DNA of 64,000 nucleotides from a virus (IMGVR_UViG_3300033066_001786:1-64000), one strand, 5' to 3'; shown: positions 19,157-30,100, counted from the first letter of the stretch. Program-made: numbers and translations. Notes: a model not told the origin generated them from the sequence alone.

Positions 19157-20389
19157 ATGTCTATATTTGATAGCGGTGGGTTCATAGGTCGAACTGTTGG
19201 CGGTTCACTTGACAGTATATCTAGCGGCGTTAGTGGCATCTTAAATGATGCCATTGGCGGTGCAATATCTGGTTTGTTCGGCAGCGAATTCGTCCCGTAT
19301 ATGAGAGACAGTAGGAGTGCTGCATTTAGTTTCGGGCAGTATTCTACATACATGCAAGAAAACTACCCACGGTTAAAATTTAATTATTTTGTAAGAATTA
19401 GAATAAACCCAGATCCGGAAGTATCTAATTTTGCTGCAATGTATATGGGTACTCGAGATTTAGAATTATTAATACCCCTTATTAAAAGAGTTGATATGCC
19501 AGGTTTTAAAGTCGAATCTAGCATTCTTAACCAATATAACAAAAAAAGAGTTTCGCAGACAAAAGTTACATTTGAAGAAGTACAAATGGTATTTTACGAT
19601 GTAGTAGACGGAAAAAGTTTAAGATTTTGGGAAATGTACTACGAGTATTATTTTAAAGACGGTGAAGTGCTTAGTAAATTAAAACCGTCAAACGGATCGT
19701 TAAAAACTGATGTATTTCAGGACGACATAATAAGTGACGGTTGGGGAGACTTTGAAACCGGTTTCGGTCACTATTCACAAATTAAAAGTAAATATCTAAT
19801 CGAGTCAATTGATATATATCAAGTACATGCAGGAAACTTTAGTAGAGTTTCACTAGTACACCCCAGAATAACATCTTTTAAACATGATTCATTACAGTAT
19901 TTGGAATCGACACCTGTAGAAATTACAATGTCTTTTCAACCCGAAGATGTAGTGTATTATAATTTCTACAAAGGGTACGACGATAGCACCGAAGGTGAGA
20001 ACCCATATAAGAATAGTGGTGCTAAAGAATTAAAAATGCATACAGTAAAAACACCTCTAATTGTGCCCGTAAGAGAAAGTAGGGATACTTTGTTAACAGG
20101 CGCCGGAGGAGTAACAGATACAAGTGTATTAGGCGCGCTCGAACGTAATGTTAAATCGTATATAGAGAATTTACCCGAACAAGTAGCAAGGGCAGCATCT
20201 TCTGCTATTTTTACAGGCAAAGCAGAATTTCCCATAAACCCTAAAGAAGCAGCAAAAAGTATCTTAACAAATTCAGGTCGGCAGATTACAGGTGTAGGCC
20301 GTAGGACTTTCAATACAGCAGTAACGGCAGGTGTAGGTGCAGTAACAGGCGTAATACTTTCTCCGTTTAAGGACAACTCAAGACAATGA
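19157..20389 (+). CDS. Tail-tube-like baseplate/tube initiator (gp54/gp48-like)
   Basis: DMPG...NQYNKKR, L..P.ITSF.HD.L.Y tube-fold motifs; follows the tube gene. Confidence 0.6.
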   Translation: MSIFDSGGFIGRTVGGSLDSISSGVSGILNDAIGGAISGLFGSEFVPYMRDSRSAAFSFGQYSTYMQENYPRLKFNYFVRIRINPDPEVSNFAAMYMGTRDLELLIPLIKRVDMPGFKVESSILNQYNKKRVSQTKVTFEEVQMVFYDVVDGKSLRFWEMYYEYYFKDGEVLSKLKPSNGSLKTDVFQDDIISDGWGDFETGFGHYSQIKSKYLIESIDIYQVHAGNFSRVSLVHPRITSFKHDSLQYLESTPVEITMSFQPEDVVYYNFYKGYDDSTEGENPYKNSGAKELKMHTVKTPLIVPVRESRDTLLTGAGGVTDTSVLGALERNVKSYIENLPEQVARAASSAIFTGKAEFPINPKEAAKSILTNSGRQITGVGRRTFNTAVTAGVGAVTGVILSPFKDNSRQ

Positions 20390-20829
20390 ACCGATCGAGT
20401 GTAGATAGTATAACCAGGCAAGGTGTTACAAAGACAATCCAAGTAAAAGACGGAACCTTTAAAAACACATATGCTAACGCAACTAGTCCACAATATGCAG
20501 CCGACCCTAGTGCTGTTTATTTTGCATCTAATAAACTTGAAAAGAATTTTTACAATAGCTTTAGTTATAACACTATTGTGGGTAAATTTTTAAATGCCGG
20601 TACGTCACATACGAATGCACATAGTATGGCTAAATTAGTAATAGATGTTGCAAAGTTAAAAAATATAGATGCAAGAGATATACAAATTAGTGTAGTAGAC
20701 GGCAAGATAGATTTGCCAAACGACATTTTATTATATATGAATATTTTACGTGACCCGAGTTCTAAAGTAGTTAAATTGCTAACAGGTCTAAATAGAAGAA
20801 GCATACTTGGACGAGAAATAATCGGATGA
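20386..20829 (+). CDS. Hypothetical structural-region protein
   Basis: 147-aa ORF translationally coupled on both sides. Confidence 0.6.
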   Translation: MNRSSVDSITRQGVTKTIQVKDGTFKNTYANATSPQYAADPSAVYFASNKLEKNFYNSFSYNTIVGKFLNAGTSHTNAHSMAKLVIDVAKLKNIDARDIQISVVDGKIDLPNDILLYMNILRDPSSKVVKLLTGLNRRSILGREIIG

Positions 20830-21254
20830 GTAGGACGTATAGGGGTTTTTATGAAATTAAAAATCTCTCTAAATATATAGGTAGTAATAAACCCTATGCA
20901 AGAAGTACATGGGAATTAGCTTTCATGCGATTCTGCGATGAAAATACCAATGTATTGCATTGGGGCAGCGAAACAATTAAGATTCCGTACCTAAATCCTA
21001 TCACGCATAAATACACAGTGTATGTGCCTGATTTTTTTGTAGTATATGTTGATAAGAACGGTAAGCAACATGCAGAATTAATCGAAGTAAAGCCAAAAAA
21101 AGAAGCAGCATTAAGCGAAGCAAAATCAGTAAGAGATAAAATTAGATTAACAATAAATGCTGCAAAATGGGCAGCCGCTTTAGAATTTTGTAAAAAGAAA
21201 GGGATATTCTTCCGCATAGTAACTGAGGATGATCTTTTTAGGAAATACAAATGA
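20826..21254 (+). CDS. Head completion nuclease (T4 gp4-like, TnsA-type PD-(D/E)XK)
   Basis: KY.G...ARSTWE..FM.FCD....W.SE...IPY....Y.PDF....LIEVKP...N.AKW.AA. Confidence 0.9.
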   Translation: MSRTYRGFYEIKNLSKYIGSNKPYARSTWELAFMRFCDENTNVLHWGSETIKIPYLNPITHKYTVYVPDFFVVYVDKNGKQHAELIEVKPKKEAALSEAKSVRDKIRLTINAAKWAAALEFCKKKGIFFRIVTEDDLFRKYK

Positions 21255-21685
21255 ACACAAATACAAACTTAGAGAATATGTTTAATATGGGCGAGTGCAT
21301 AGTTGAAACGCCAGAAGAATGTAAAGACTTAACAATTAATAGTAACGAAGATGATGTATTAGTTGTTAAAAATTTAAATGAACACGATGGCGAAATGGAT
21401 CATATTGCAAGCGAAGCAATGAGTGCATACGATGATCTGTGCAGCTTAGGTGCAAATATGTCAGATGCACATGCTGGGAAGATATACGAAGTTGCAGCAA
21501 CGATGCTGAAAATTGCACTTGATGCAAAAGACGCAAAATCAAATAGACGATTAAAAACGATTGAGCTACAAATTAAACAAATGAAAACATCGGGCGAAGA
21601 AGCTAATATTCCGCGCGGCAATCAATTCGACAGAAACGATTTGTTAAAGTTAATTCGTGTTGAGAATAAGAATTCTGATAAATAG
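21251..21685 (+). CDS. Hypothetical protein, candidate terminase small subunit
   Basis: Helical 144-aa protein with KIYEVAATML, reminiscent of the gp16 RAYEV motif; near terL. Confidence 0.4.
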   Translation: MNTNTNLENMFNMGECIVETPEECKDLTINSNEDDVLVVKNLNEHDGEMDHIASEAMSAYDDLCSLGANMSDAHAGKIYEVAATMLKIALDAKDAKSNRRLKTIELQIKQMKTSGEEANIPRGNQFDRNDLLKLIRVENKNSDK

Positions 21686-21690
21686 TAATA

Positions 21691-22335
21691 TTGACACTTA
21701 TGGAACATAAAATGGATAAATCTTTTGTAGATTATTTTAAAGAAAGAGATAGTAGAGAATACGAATTTAAAGCAAAGTTTGCGGTTTGCGATGAACCCGA
21801 TGTTGCCAAAATTAAAAAGTATCTTGAGAAATTTGAATTCATATCTCTTTCTGATGTAAGAAGAACTCCAATACAAGAAAGTCCTTTAGACTTTCCAAGT
21901 ATAAAAAATTCAGAAGTGTTTATTTTAGATTTAAGTGTAAAGTACCCAGTTACACCTGATGCACTTAGAAGAGAATTAGCACAGTTACTAGGTTATTCGG
22001 AAATGTGTGTTTCTATTAGATCTAAGAAAGATACAAGAGACGAAGAATTAAACCCTATGAAATCACCTTATGTGCCAGCTTTAGGATCAGAACCGAAGTT
22101 TGATAAAGAACCAGAATACGGCCAGAAAGTAATAGACGGTATGGTTGCACAGATAAAAGATAGAGAACAGACTAAACCAGTTACAAACAAATTAATACCT
22201 GATCAAGTAGTAGATAAAAAAGCATGGTCAGGCGATGAAAAAGGACAAGTAGGCACTAAATCAGTTTTTAATAATCCTGATAAATTAAATAAGCCTGTAG
22301 TAAAAAAGAACACGTACTTCTCAAAAAACGTATAA
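21691..22335 (+). CDS. Hypothetical virion protein
   Basis: GATAAATA at 21677-21684 upstream; true start may be ATG 21700 or 21712. Confidence 0.6.
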   Translation: MTLMEHKMDKSFVDYFKERDSREYEFKAKFAVCDEPDVAKIKKYLEKFEFISLSDVRRTPIQESPLDFPSIKNSEVFILDLSVKYPVTPDALRRELAQLLGYSEMCVSIRSKKDTRDEELNPMKSPYVPALGSEPKFDKEPEYGQKVIDGMVAQIKDREQTKPVTNKLIPDQVVDKKAWSGDEKGQVGTKSVFNNPDKLNKPVVKKNTYFSKNV

Positions 22336-22347
22336 GGATTTATAAAA

Positions 22348-23943
22348 ATGGATAATATTTTAAGATTGTTAGAATTAGCAGGTGCCTCAGAGCAGAAACT
22401 CGAAGAATATCGTAAAAAGAAAGAAGATTCGCTTGCAACCGACGAAGACGAATTAGGCGATTTTGAAAACGAAATGCCAGGTGAATTTCATTTAATGGAC
22501 GTCGAAGAAGAACCAGTAAGCGCCGATGCATGGGCAGGCGAAACAAGATCGCGTCCTAGATACGATCATAGTCAAGAAGATTCGTTTGATAGTCTCCCTA
22601 TGTTTGATGATATTTCGGACGACATCTTAGCAGAACCAGAAGATGACTTTGAAAAATCATTATCCGGTAAAAAACATAACATAGTAGATGTTGGAGACGA
22701 CGATGATTTATTTGCTGACTTTACTGATGACGATGATTTATCCGACTTAGGTTTTAACCAACACAAATACACAGAAGCTGCCAAACCAAAAGTAGACGAC
22801 GATTGCGATGTAACAGAAGATGATTTCGATAGAGCTATTGCAAAAAAAGGTATAGTAGATGTTGGTGATGAAGACGACTATTTAAGCAGTGACGATGATT
22901 TATCTGATTTAGGTTTTGGCAAACACCAATACAACGAGTCAATTGACATTAATGCAATAAGATCACTTATACAAAAAACAGCCGAAGGTGTTAGGCATGC
23001 TACTAAACAAGGTAATAATGGTTTAGCAGATAGGTGGGCTATTAAATTAAAGAATGAACTCGAAAACCAAGGTTACAATTGGAAAAGAGACCCGTATGCT
23101 TTAGAAATACTAGGTGATTATTTAGATGAGTCACAACACCAATACAACGAAGCCGAACACGATGACCCATTATCAGATATATATGTTGGGAGAAACGGTG
23201 AAGAAAAAACTGCCGAAGAATGGTTAGACGATATTGGCGGGATAGAAACACTTTTAGGTAGAAAACTATTCGGCGCCCCAACACAAGAATTAATAAGAGA
23301 CCATCTCTTCCAGCAAGGTATAACACCTAAAGTAACAGAAGCCGCCAAACCAAAAGTAGAAGACGAAACAGAAGAAGATGATTTTGAAAAATCATTATCC
23401 GGTAAGAAACATAACATAGTAGATGTTGGAGACGACGATTATAACGACGATTACGAAGACAAAGAATATGTTAAATCGTTATTCGACGATGTTTCCGATT
23501 TACCAACTAGCGATATTACCGCCGCAGTAGAACATTTAATGGGTACATTACGCGGTATGATGTACGCTGGTGACGAAAAACAACAAAAAGCAGATAAAGT
23601 GTTAGCCGATTATGGTTTCAAAGGCGATTCTTTTGAAGAGCTACAAGAGTTCCTCGAAACAATGAATGTTGACGAATTGGCTAAATTAACAGATGCAGTA
23701 CAGTCAGATTGGGTTCCAGAGTCAAGCGAAAACAATGGTTTTGGCGAAGATAAAAATTATGGCAGCGCATATACTAATCCTTTTTTCCCGAACGGTGCAG
23801 AAGGTACAGCAGCAACAAGATCACTTGGCCCAACATCTGCTAAACAGTCTGATAATCCTATGCGTAATAGTATGATGAGCGAAGAACAAAAACAAATACA
23901 TGAAAAATTAGTAGAATCTTACAAATTATTCCTCAAAAAATAA
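22348..23943 (+). CDS. Very acidic repeat-containing protein, probable head core/internal protein
   Basis: Asp/Glu-rich; MDNILRLLELAG start; repeated EDDFEKSLSGKKHNIVDVGDDD, DDDLSDLGF, H(K/Q)Y(T/N)E and EAAKPKV. Confidence 0.6.
   Translation: MDNILRLLELAGASEQKLEEYRKKKEDSLATDEDELGDFENEMPGEFHLMDVEEEPVSADAWAGETRSRPRYDHSQEDSFDSLPMFDDISDDILAEPEDDFEKSLSGKKHNIVDVGDDDDLFADFTDDDDLSDLGFNQHKYTEAAKPKVDDDCDVTEDDFDRAIAKKGIVDVGDEDDYLSSDDDLSDLGFGKHQYNESIDINAIRSLIQKTAEGVRHATKQGNNGLADRWAIKLKNELENQGYNWKRDPYALEILGDYLDESQHQYNEAEHDDPLSDIYVGRNGEEKTAEEWLDDIGGIETLLGRKLFGAPTQELIRDHLFQQGITPKVTEAAKPKVEDETEEDDFEKSLSGKKHNIVDVGDDDYNDDYEDKEYVKSLFDDVSDLPTSDITAAVEHLMGTLRGMMYAGDEKQQKADKVLADYGFKGDSFEELQEFLETMNVDELAKLTDAVQSDWVPESSENNGFGEDKNYGSAYTNPFFPNGAEGTAATRSLGPTSAKQSDNPMRNSMMSEEQKQIHEKLVESYKLFLKK
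22639..23439 (+). repeat. 66-bp direct repeat (22639-22704 and 23374-23439) plus degenerate copies
   Basis: Near-identical DNA encoding EDDFEKSLSGKKHNIVDVGDDD. Confidence 0.85.
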
Positions 23944-23967
23944 ATAGGGGGCGAAAGCCCCTTATTT
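23942..23967 (+). terminator. Stem-loop / likely intrinsic terminator
   Basis: AAATAGGGGGC-GAAA-GCCCCTTATTT with a GNRA loop. Confidence 0.7.
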
Positions 23968-23986
23968 CACTTCAACAGAGTAAACC

Positions 23987-24340
23987 ATGGACGACTTAAT
24001 TAAGAAACCTGGACAATTAGTATCCTATACACCTAAAGAAATTGAAGAACTTAAAGCTTGTGCAGACCCATCGTCTGGCCCTTTATACTTTATGGAAAAT
24101 TTTATATATGTCCAACATCCAGTAGATGGTCGCATAAAATTTAACCCCTACCCTTTCCAACGAGAACTTATATACAACTATCATAATTTCAAGAGCAATA
24201 TTTGTTTAGTATCGAGGCAAAATGGTAAATGTTTAGTGGGCAACGAAATGATAAATATAAGAAACAAAAAAACAGGTGAGATTAAAAAAGTCACCTTTAA
24301 AGAATTTAAAGAGATTGTTAAAGATGGAAAAACAGGATAA
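23987..24340 (+). CDS. terL: Terminase large subunit N-extein (81 aa) fused to split-intein N-fragment (36 aa)
   Basis: gp17-like P.YF..NF.Y..HP..G...F..YPFQ...SRQNGK, then C(1)LVGNEMINIR... starting at 24230. Confidence 0.9.
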   Translation: MDDLIKKPGQLVSYTPKEIEELKACADPSSGPLYFMENFIYVQHPVDGRIKFNPYPFQRELIYNYHNFKSNICLVSRQNGKCLVGNEMINIRNKKTGEIKKVTFKEFKEIVKDGKTG

Positions 24341-25767
24341 AAGATGCAAAACTTGCGATACTGTTATTTGTAATCCAATTAGAAATCAATTTTTTTGCAA
24401 AATAGAATGTAAGCCTTCGTTTCGTAGGTCGAAGCCCACAGTTGAGTTAAATTGTAACTATTGCGGTAATGTATTTGAGACTAACAGAAAGCGGGTTACT
24501 TGTTGTTCTAAAGAGTGCAGAAGGTTATATAATCAAGATGTATATCGTATAAGACATAGCGAAGGAAAACCTTCAATAATTTGTAAGGTTTGTAATATGC
24601 CATTTCGATCACTTATGGGACATCTTTCGAAGAAGCATAATATTACGTCGCAAGAGTACAAAAAGTTATATCCAGGCGAAATAGTAATAGCCGATGATAT
24701 TAAAGAGATGTTTTCTAATAATATGAAAGGGGAAAAGAACCCAGGTTATCAACATGGTGGTACGATGTCGCCATGGTCAAACAAGAATAAATATTTCAGT
24801 GCAGAACAAATAGAAGCATCGAAACAAAAAGCAATGGCAAACATCATTAATGGTACAATGTTAGAATATTATACTAACAAAGGCCATTCTATGGAAGAGG
24901 CAATAAAATTACGTTCTGATAGGCAGCGTACATTTACTTTGGCAAAGTGTATAGTAAAACACGGAGAAGAAGAAGGTAAAAAAGTGCATCGTGCCCGCCA
25001 GGAAAAATGGGCTAAAAGTTATAAAAAAAGTAATTTTTCAAAAATATCACAGGAATTATTTTGGGGAATTATTGCACAGGCAGGGATGAAAGAATCGTAT
25101 TTTTTTGCAACTAACAATAAAGGTGAAAAATCTACAGATTCGATTAACTACGAAACAGTGCTTACCTTAAATGACGGGGTAATAAGACCGGACTTCGTAT
25201 GTGTAGATAAAAAATGCATAATAGAATTTGACGGTGACTACTGGCATAGCGAAGCCAGGGGAAACCAAAATAGAGATGCAGAAAGGGATAAAAAAGCAAC
25301 AGATTCCGGATATAACGTTTTACGTATAAAAGAAAGAGATTATAGGAAAGACAAAAAATTTGAAATACAAAAGTGTATTTCTTTTTTAAACGGAAATTTT
25401 TAAGAAAATGTTAAGTAATACAACATATAGAAAGTTCACTGAAGTTATAGATGTTAGTGATTGGGAAGTAGAAACACAAGACGGATTTGTTGATGTTCTA
25501 AATTTCAACACAACTATACATTACGGTGTGTGGTTAATTGAGTTAGATAACGGCCTTACATTAAAAGGTGCAGACACACACATATTAATACAAGATAATG
25601 GGCAAGAAGTATATATAAAAGATTCTCTTGGGTGTTTTATTAATACTAAGTACGGACCATCTAAAGTAACAAATGTTGTTGATTTAGGTTACGAAGAAGA
25701 GATGTATGATTTAACAATAGATAGCAAAGACCACACATATTATACAAGTGATATATTAAGTCATAAT
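24230..25767 (+). mobile_element. Split intein plus homing endonuclease cassette interrupting terL
   Basis: IntN 24230-24337, endonuclease 24324-25403, IntC 25408-25767 ending SHN before Thr+1. Confidence 0.85.
24324..25403 (+). CDS. Free-standing Vsr-like (EDxHD/DUF559-type) homing endonuclease with Zn-finger and NUMOD-like motifs
   Basis: CxxC clusters, CKVC...HLSKKH, GEKNP, PDF.....IIEFDGDYWH...RD..RD.....GY.VLRI; lies between the two intein halves; ATG 24324 preferred over GTG 24276. Confidence 0.85.
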   Translation: MEKQDKRCKTCDTVICNPIRNQFFCKIECKPSFRRSKPTVELNCNYCGNVFETNRKRVTCCSKECRRLYNQDVYRIRHSEGKPSIICKVCNMPFRSLMGHLSKKHNITSQEYKKLYPGEIVIADDIKEMFSNNMKGEKNPGYQHGGTMSPWSNKNKYFSAEQIEASKQKAMANIINGTMLEYYTNKGHSMEEAIKLRSDRQRTFTLAKCIVKHGEEEGKKVHRARQEKWAKSYKKSNFSKISQELFWGIIAQAGMKESYFFATNNKGEKSTDSINYETVLTLNDGVIRPDFVCVDKKCIIEFDGDYWHSEARGNQNRDAERDKKATDSGYNVLRIKERDYRKDKKFEIQKCISFLNGNF

Positions 25768-27093
25768 ACAGTTTGCGCCGCCTGCTATTTATTGTGGTAT
25801 GCAATGTTTGTACCAGATTCGACTATTTTAGTTGCTTCTAAATCTGGTGCAGATGCTAAAGAGATTATGATACGTATTAGATATGCATATGAAGAATTAC
25901 CAAATCATATTAAAGCAGGTGCAAGAGACTATAACAAGCAATCGTTAACGTTCGACAACGGTTCTCGAATAGTTTCGGCGACTACGACAGAGAACACTGG
26001 CCGAGGTATGTCTATTTCTTTAGTTTACTTGGATGAATTCGCATTTGTCCCCCCTAGAGTAGCTAAAGAACTGTGGACCTCATTGTCCCCTACTTTGTCA
26101 ACGGGCGGTCGATGCATAATGACAAGTACACCTAGTAGCGACGAAGATCAGTTTGCAGAATTATGGTTTGATGCTAACAAAAGGATAGACGAATACGGCA
26201 ATGAAAAAGAAGTTGGTAAAAACGGATTTAGGCCGTTTTTTGCAACATGGCGAGATAACCCTACTAGGGGAGAAGAATGGGCAGCAGAAGAAGAAGGTAA
26301 AATTGGCACTGATAGATTCGGAAGAGAACACGAATGTAAATTCTTGATATTCCAAGAGACTTTAGTTAATTCGTCTAAGCTTGCTAAAATCGACGGCTTG
26401 CCTATTATACAAAAAACAGGAGAAATACGATGGTACAAACGTATCGACCAAAATTGTACGTACATTGTATCTCTTGACCCTGCTATGGGGACAGGTGGAG
26501 ATAATGCTGCTATTCAAGTGTACGAGCTCCCCTCGTTGATACAAGTTGCCGAGTGGCAACATAACAAGACAAACATTGAAGGTCAAATGCGTATATTACG
26601 TCAAATATTGCAGGATATCTATTCTCAAGGTCAACCTGAGATATATTGGTCAGTTGAAACTAATTCGTTAGGCGAAGCTGCACTTGTTATTATACGTGAA
26701 ACAGGTGAAGAATATTTCCCAGGTACAATGTTACATGAACCTAAAACAGGGGAAGGTAAACGTAGACGCGGGTTTACAACTACCAATAGAAGCAAGCTCG
26801 AAGCTTGTGCTAAGTTAAAAACTTTAATAGAGTCTGAAAAATTAACAATATCATCTAAGAACTTAATAAGTGAATTAAAAACCTTTATTGCTAAAGGTAA
26901 TTCATATGAGGGTAGATCCGGTTGTACAGACGACCTCGTGTCGGCTACATTACTTGCAGTTAGAATGCTCCAAGTTGTTGCAGCATGGGATGATAATTGT
27001 GCTGCTAAGTTATCCTCTACTATATTAGATGGTGACGAGGGTTATGAAGACGATGACGACTATGAGGCTCCAATGCCTGCAGCGTTTTGTTAA
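25408..27093 (+). CDS. terL: Split-intein C-fragment (120 aa) fused to terminase large subunit C-extein (441 aa)
   Basis: ADTH block B, MYDLTI...HTYY block F, ILSHN|T; then Walker B LVYLDEFAF, TSTP, nuclease SLDPAMG...DN and DDLV. Confidence 0.9.
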   Translation: MLSNTTYRKFTEVIDVSDWEVETQDGFVDVLNFNTTIHYGVWLIELDNGLTLKGADTHILIQDNGQEVYIKDSLGCFINTKYGPSKVTNVVDLGYEEEMYDLTIDSKDHTYYTSDILSHNTVCAACYLLWYAMFVPDSTILVASKSGADAKEIMIRIRYAYEELPNHIKAGARDYNKQSLTFDNGSRIVSATTTENTGRGMSISLVYLDEFAFVPPRVAKELWTSLSPTLSTGGRCIMTSTPSSDEDQFAELWFDANKRIDEYGNEKEVGKNGFRPFFATWRDNPTRGEEWAAEEEGKIGTDRFGREHECKFLIFQETLVNSSKLAKIDGLPIIQKTGEIRWYKRIDQNCTYIVSLDPAMGTGGDNAAIQVYELPSLIQVAEWQHNKTNIEGQMRILRQILQDIYSQGQPEIYWSVETNSLGEAALVIIRETGEEYFPGTMLHEPKTGEGKRRRGFTTTNRSKLEACAKLKTLIESEKLTISSKNLISELKTFIAKGNSYEGRSGCTDDLVSATLLAVRMLQVVAAWDDNCAAKLSSTILDGDEGYEDDDDYEAPMPAAFC

Positions 27094-27129
27094 AAATTTG
27101 ATAAATACTAGAAATTAGGGTTTTCTAGT

Positions 27130-30100
27130 ATGGTAAATTTTGAAAAAGTAGCAAAGAGAGTTTTCCAACTTTTAAAAGGTCACAATTACGATCTAAAAGT
27201 ATACAGTAAAGTCGGAAAAGAAACTCCAGTACCAGAAGAAGGTAGATTCTTTTTTGTTAAAGAACCAAATATGATGGTTATTATTTCCCCCGAAACAGGG
27301 ACAATAACATTAAATAAAAGTAAAGAAAGCCCACTCGAAGATTATAACGATTTAATTCAGCAGTTAAGATACCTGACTGGTAATTATATGTTACGCTTTG
27401 CCACTAGAAGCCTAGGTAAAGTTATCCAACCCAAAGATTTTTCATACCACGCCAAAAAACAGGAGAAAACAGATAAAATGTCAAATATTAACGAATCGAC
27501 CATGTATGGGTCAAATAGAACCAGTTACCAAATGGTTGAAGATGTTAAAATTATCGTCAAGCACAGAAAGCCAATAGATGAAAATGTGCGAGGTGCAAGA
27601 TCAAGACATATACATTCTATTTTCTTAGAAAAAGATAATAACAGATATGAAATGCCAGTTAAAAGTTTATCCGGTGCAAGAGCATTAGCTAGACATGCAT
27701 CTAAAGGTGGTTCGTATGACGATTCTGTTGCAAATTATATTCTAGAAAATTCAAAGAACTTATTAAAGTTAGTAGAGTTTGTAAAATATACAAAACGTAA
27801 TAAACTTGTAAATGAAGATACGTCTTCTACTATAGAGTTAGTAAAAGAAAATGCAGAAGCCATTTCTCACACGTTAAAGCAGTTTTCAGGTTACAAAAGT
27901 TACGATTTAGCTGTTGCACGTATATCTGAAAGTTCCGAATCTATGATAACCGAAGAAGAAAGTGCAGCATTACAAGATATGTTTACAGTTAAACATTTTG
28001 ATTCTTCTCAAGGTGAAGTTCTCCCTATTATTAGTAAAATGGTAGCAGAGAGACAAAACTATCTGTCCTATATACAAGAAATGTCAGAGAATGTCATATT
28101 TATTTCCCCTGATAAAAATGTACTTGAAGATACAGTGCAGTATACTTCTGATAAATCAAAATTTGGAAATAAATTAGTATCTCTTTCAAGTCGCGTACTT
28201 GGTAGCGACGAGTTAAGTAAATATGTAAGAAAAATAGGCGATAAGCTAATTGCAGAACAAGATTTATCTGCTTTCGAACAAGGCATAGTTGAAAATGTTT
28301 TAAGTAATGTAACTGTTAAAACAGAAGATCAAAAAAGTAGTGCGGGATTGGTAACTGAGGCACTACAAAGTATAGATTTTAAATTGGGAAAATACGGTAG
28401 GTTTTTGTTAAAAGAAGACGAGACAAATATACCTTCAGATGCTGAAATATTTGCACAGTTGAAAGAATTAGGCATGCGTTTAAAAAGCATCCAACAAGAT
28501 GTTAAAAGTGTAAAAGAAGATATAGCAACCGGTGCAGATTTAAGAAAAGAGTTCGGACAGGCAGTATTTCGATTTGAAGCAGCAAAGAAAGGTTTAGGAA
28601 TTGCAAATAAGTTACGTAACCCAGAAGATAAAAAGAAACATTTATCTAGAGTTATGTCTAATATTAACGTGCTAAGAAACATGGTTAACCGCTTAGAAAA
28701 AGAAGTTGGTAAATCACAGGAATTAAAAATGCCAACAGATGATCAAACTGTTAAGGGTGTTAATTACAATAAGAAAAGAGTTTTAATTACTTGTGCAAAC
28801 TTAGAAAGTTTAACACGATTAAAAGAAGAGTTGTACAAAAAGCACATTGAGTTTATGGTTTACAACAGACAGAAAAATGAAATTCTTGTTAAGTTAGGTG
28901 ATACTTCGATAGGCGATATTCAGGAATTGTTAGGCGATGGTTCCGATTATACACTTGGCGAAATTAGAGAATCTTTAGAAGAAGGCGTAAATAATAATCC
29001 TGATTATTTGTATTATGTATTACGTGACACAAAAAGAGGTATTAAAATAGATAGTGGGTGGGAATACAAAGAAGACGCAAAAGAACGTATTGCAGATATG
29101 GAAGTACCAGGTAAAGCATACCATAAAAGTAAATTAGGTGCGATTGACCCATCTGATGATAATTGGTGGACAAATGCATCCGATCTAGAAAATAGCGTAA
29201 CCGAAGATACTGATTGTGCCGATCAAAATGTAAATAAGATCGAAGATACGTTCTATGTGACTATTAATGGAAATCGTGCAGAAGTTAGTACAAGCGAAAT
29301 TAAAAAATACATAGAAGGTGCACAAGATGCAATATATGCACATTTAGATGATTTATCAGTTTATCCGTTATCTGCTAACAACCCAAAAGAAAAACAAATA
29401 ATTGATTGTTTAGTCAAAGAGTTTGAAAAAGATAACGTAACCGAAGAAGTACAAGAAGGACCGATAGTATTAGGTGATTTAAGTGCATCAAGTAAAGTAT
29501 CAATGGGGAAAAGCAAAACGCCTCACCGTGCAGTATTAATTAAAAGTACAAAAACAGACGAACCTGTTATTCAAGTTGAACAATGCATTAACGGTAAATG
29601 GTATGGCACACCTGGTCGCTGGTTTTTAAGTACCTTAACAGAGCGTGGTATTAGCGATTCAATATGGATCGACCACGGACAAGAATGGGGAATCGATGCA
29701 GGTATGAGAGCAGCGATAAAAAAAGCCCAAGAAATAGTAAATGGAAATCAGACTGTAACTGAATCAATAGTCCTAAAAGAAAAAACTTTAGAAGATGTAC
29801 TTTCTATAGTTGCACAATTAACAGGTGTTCCGCAAGAATCAATTTACCCAGGTTCTAATGTAACAGTAAACGGATACCCTGCAACAATTGAAGATAACAC
29901 AGAAAGTAATCATATCGATTTTGTTGCTGTGGATAGCGATGCAGCGAAAGGCATAAAAGGTGCCTTAATGACAGCAGGTCTTAACACGGTACGTATTGAT
30001 AAAGCTACTAATACTGTTATGGTTTCCTTTGGTTCATTACAAGAAGGATTTTCCCTGGATCAGTTATTGCAAGATTTAGAAGATGCTAAAGAAGATTTAA

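Noticed and set aside
20826-21254. TnsA-like nuclease as evidence of a Tn7 transposon
   Set aside because: Motifs and structural-gene context match the gp4-like head completion protein; there is no tnsB/C or terminal repeat.
23987-27093. terL as a pseudogene or group I intron-split gene
   Set aside because: Both parts carry complementary intein termini at the Walker A motif, and there is no non-coding room for a ribozyme core.
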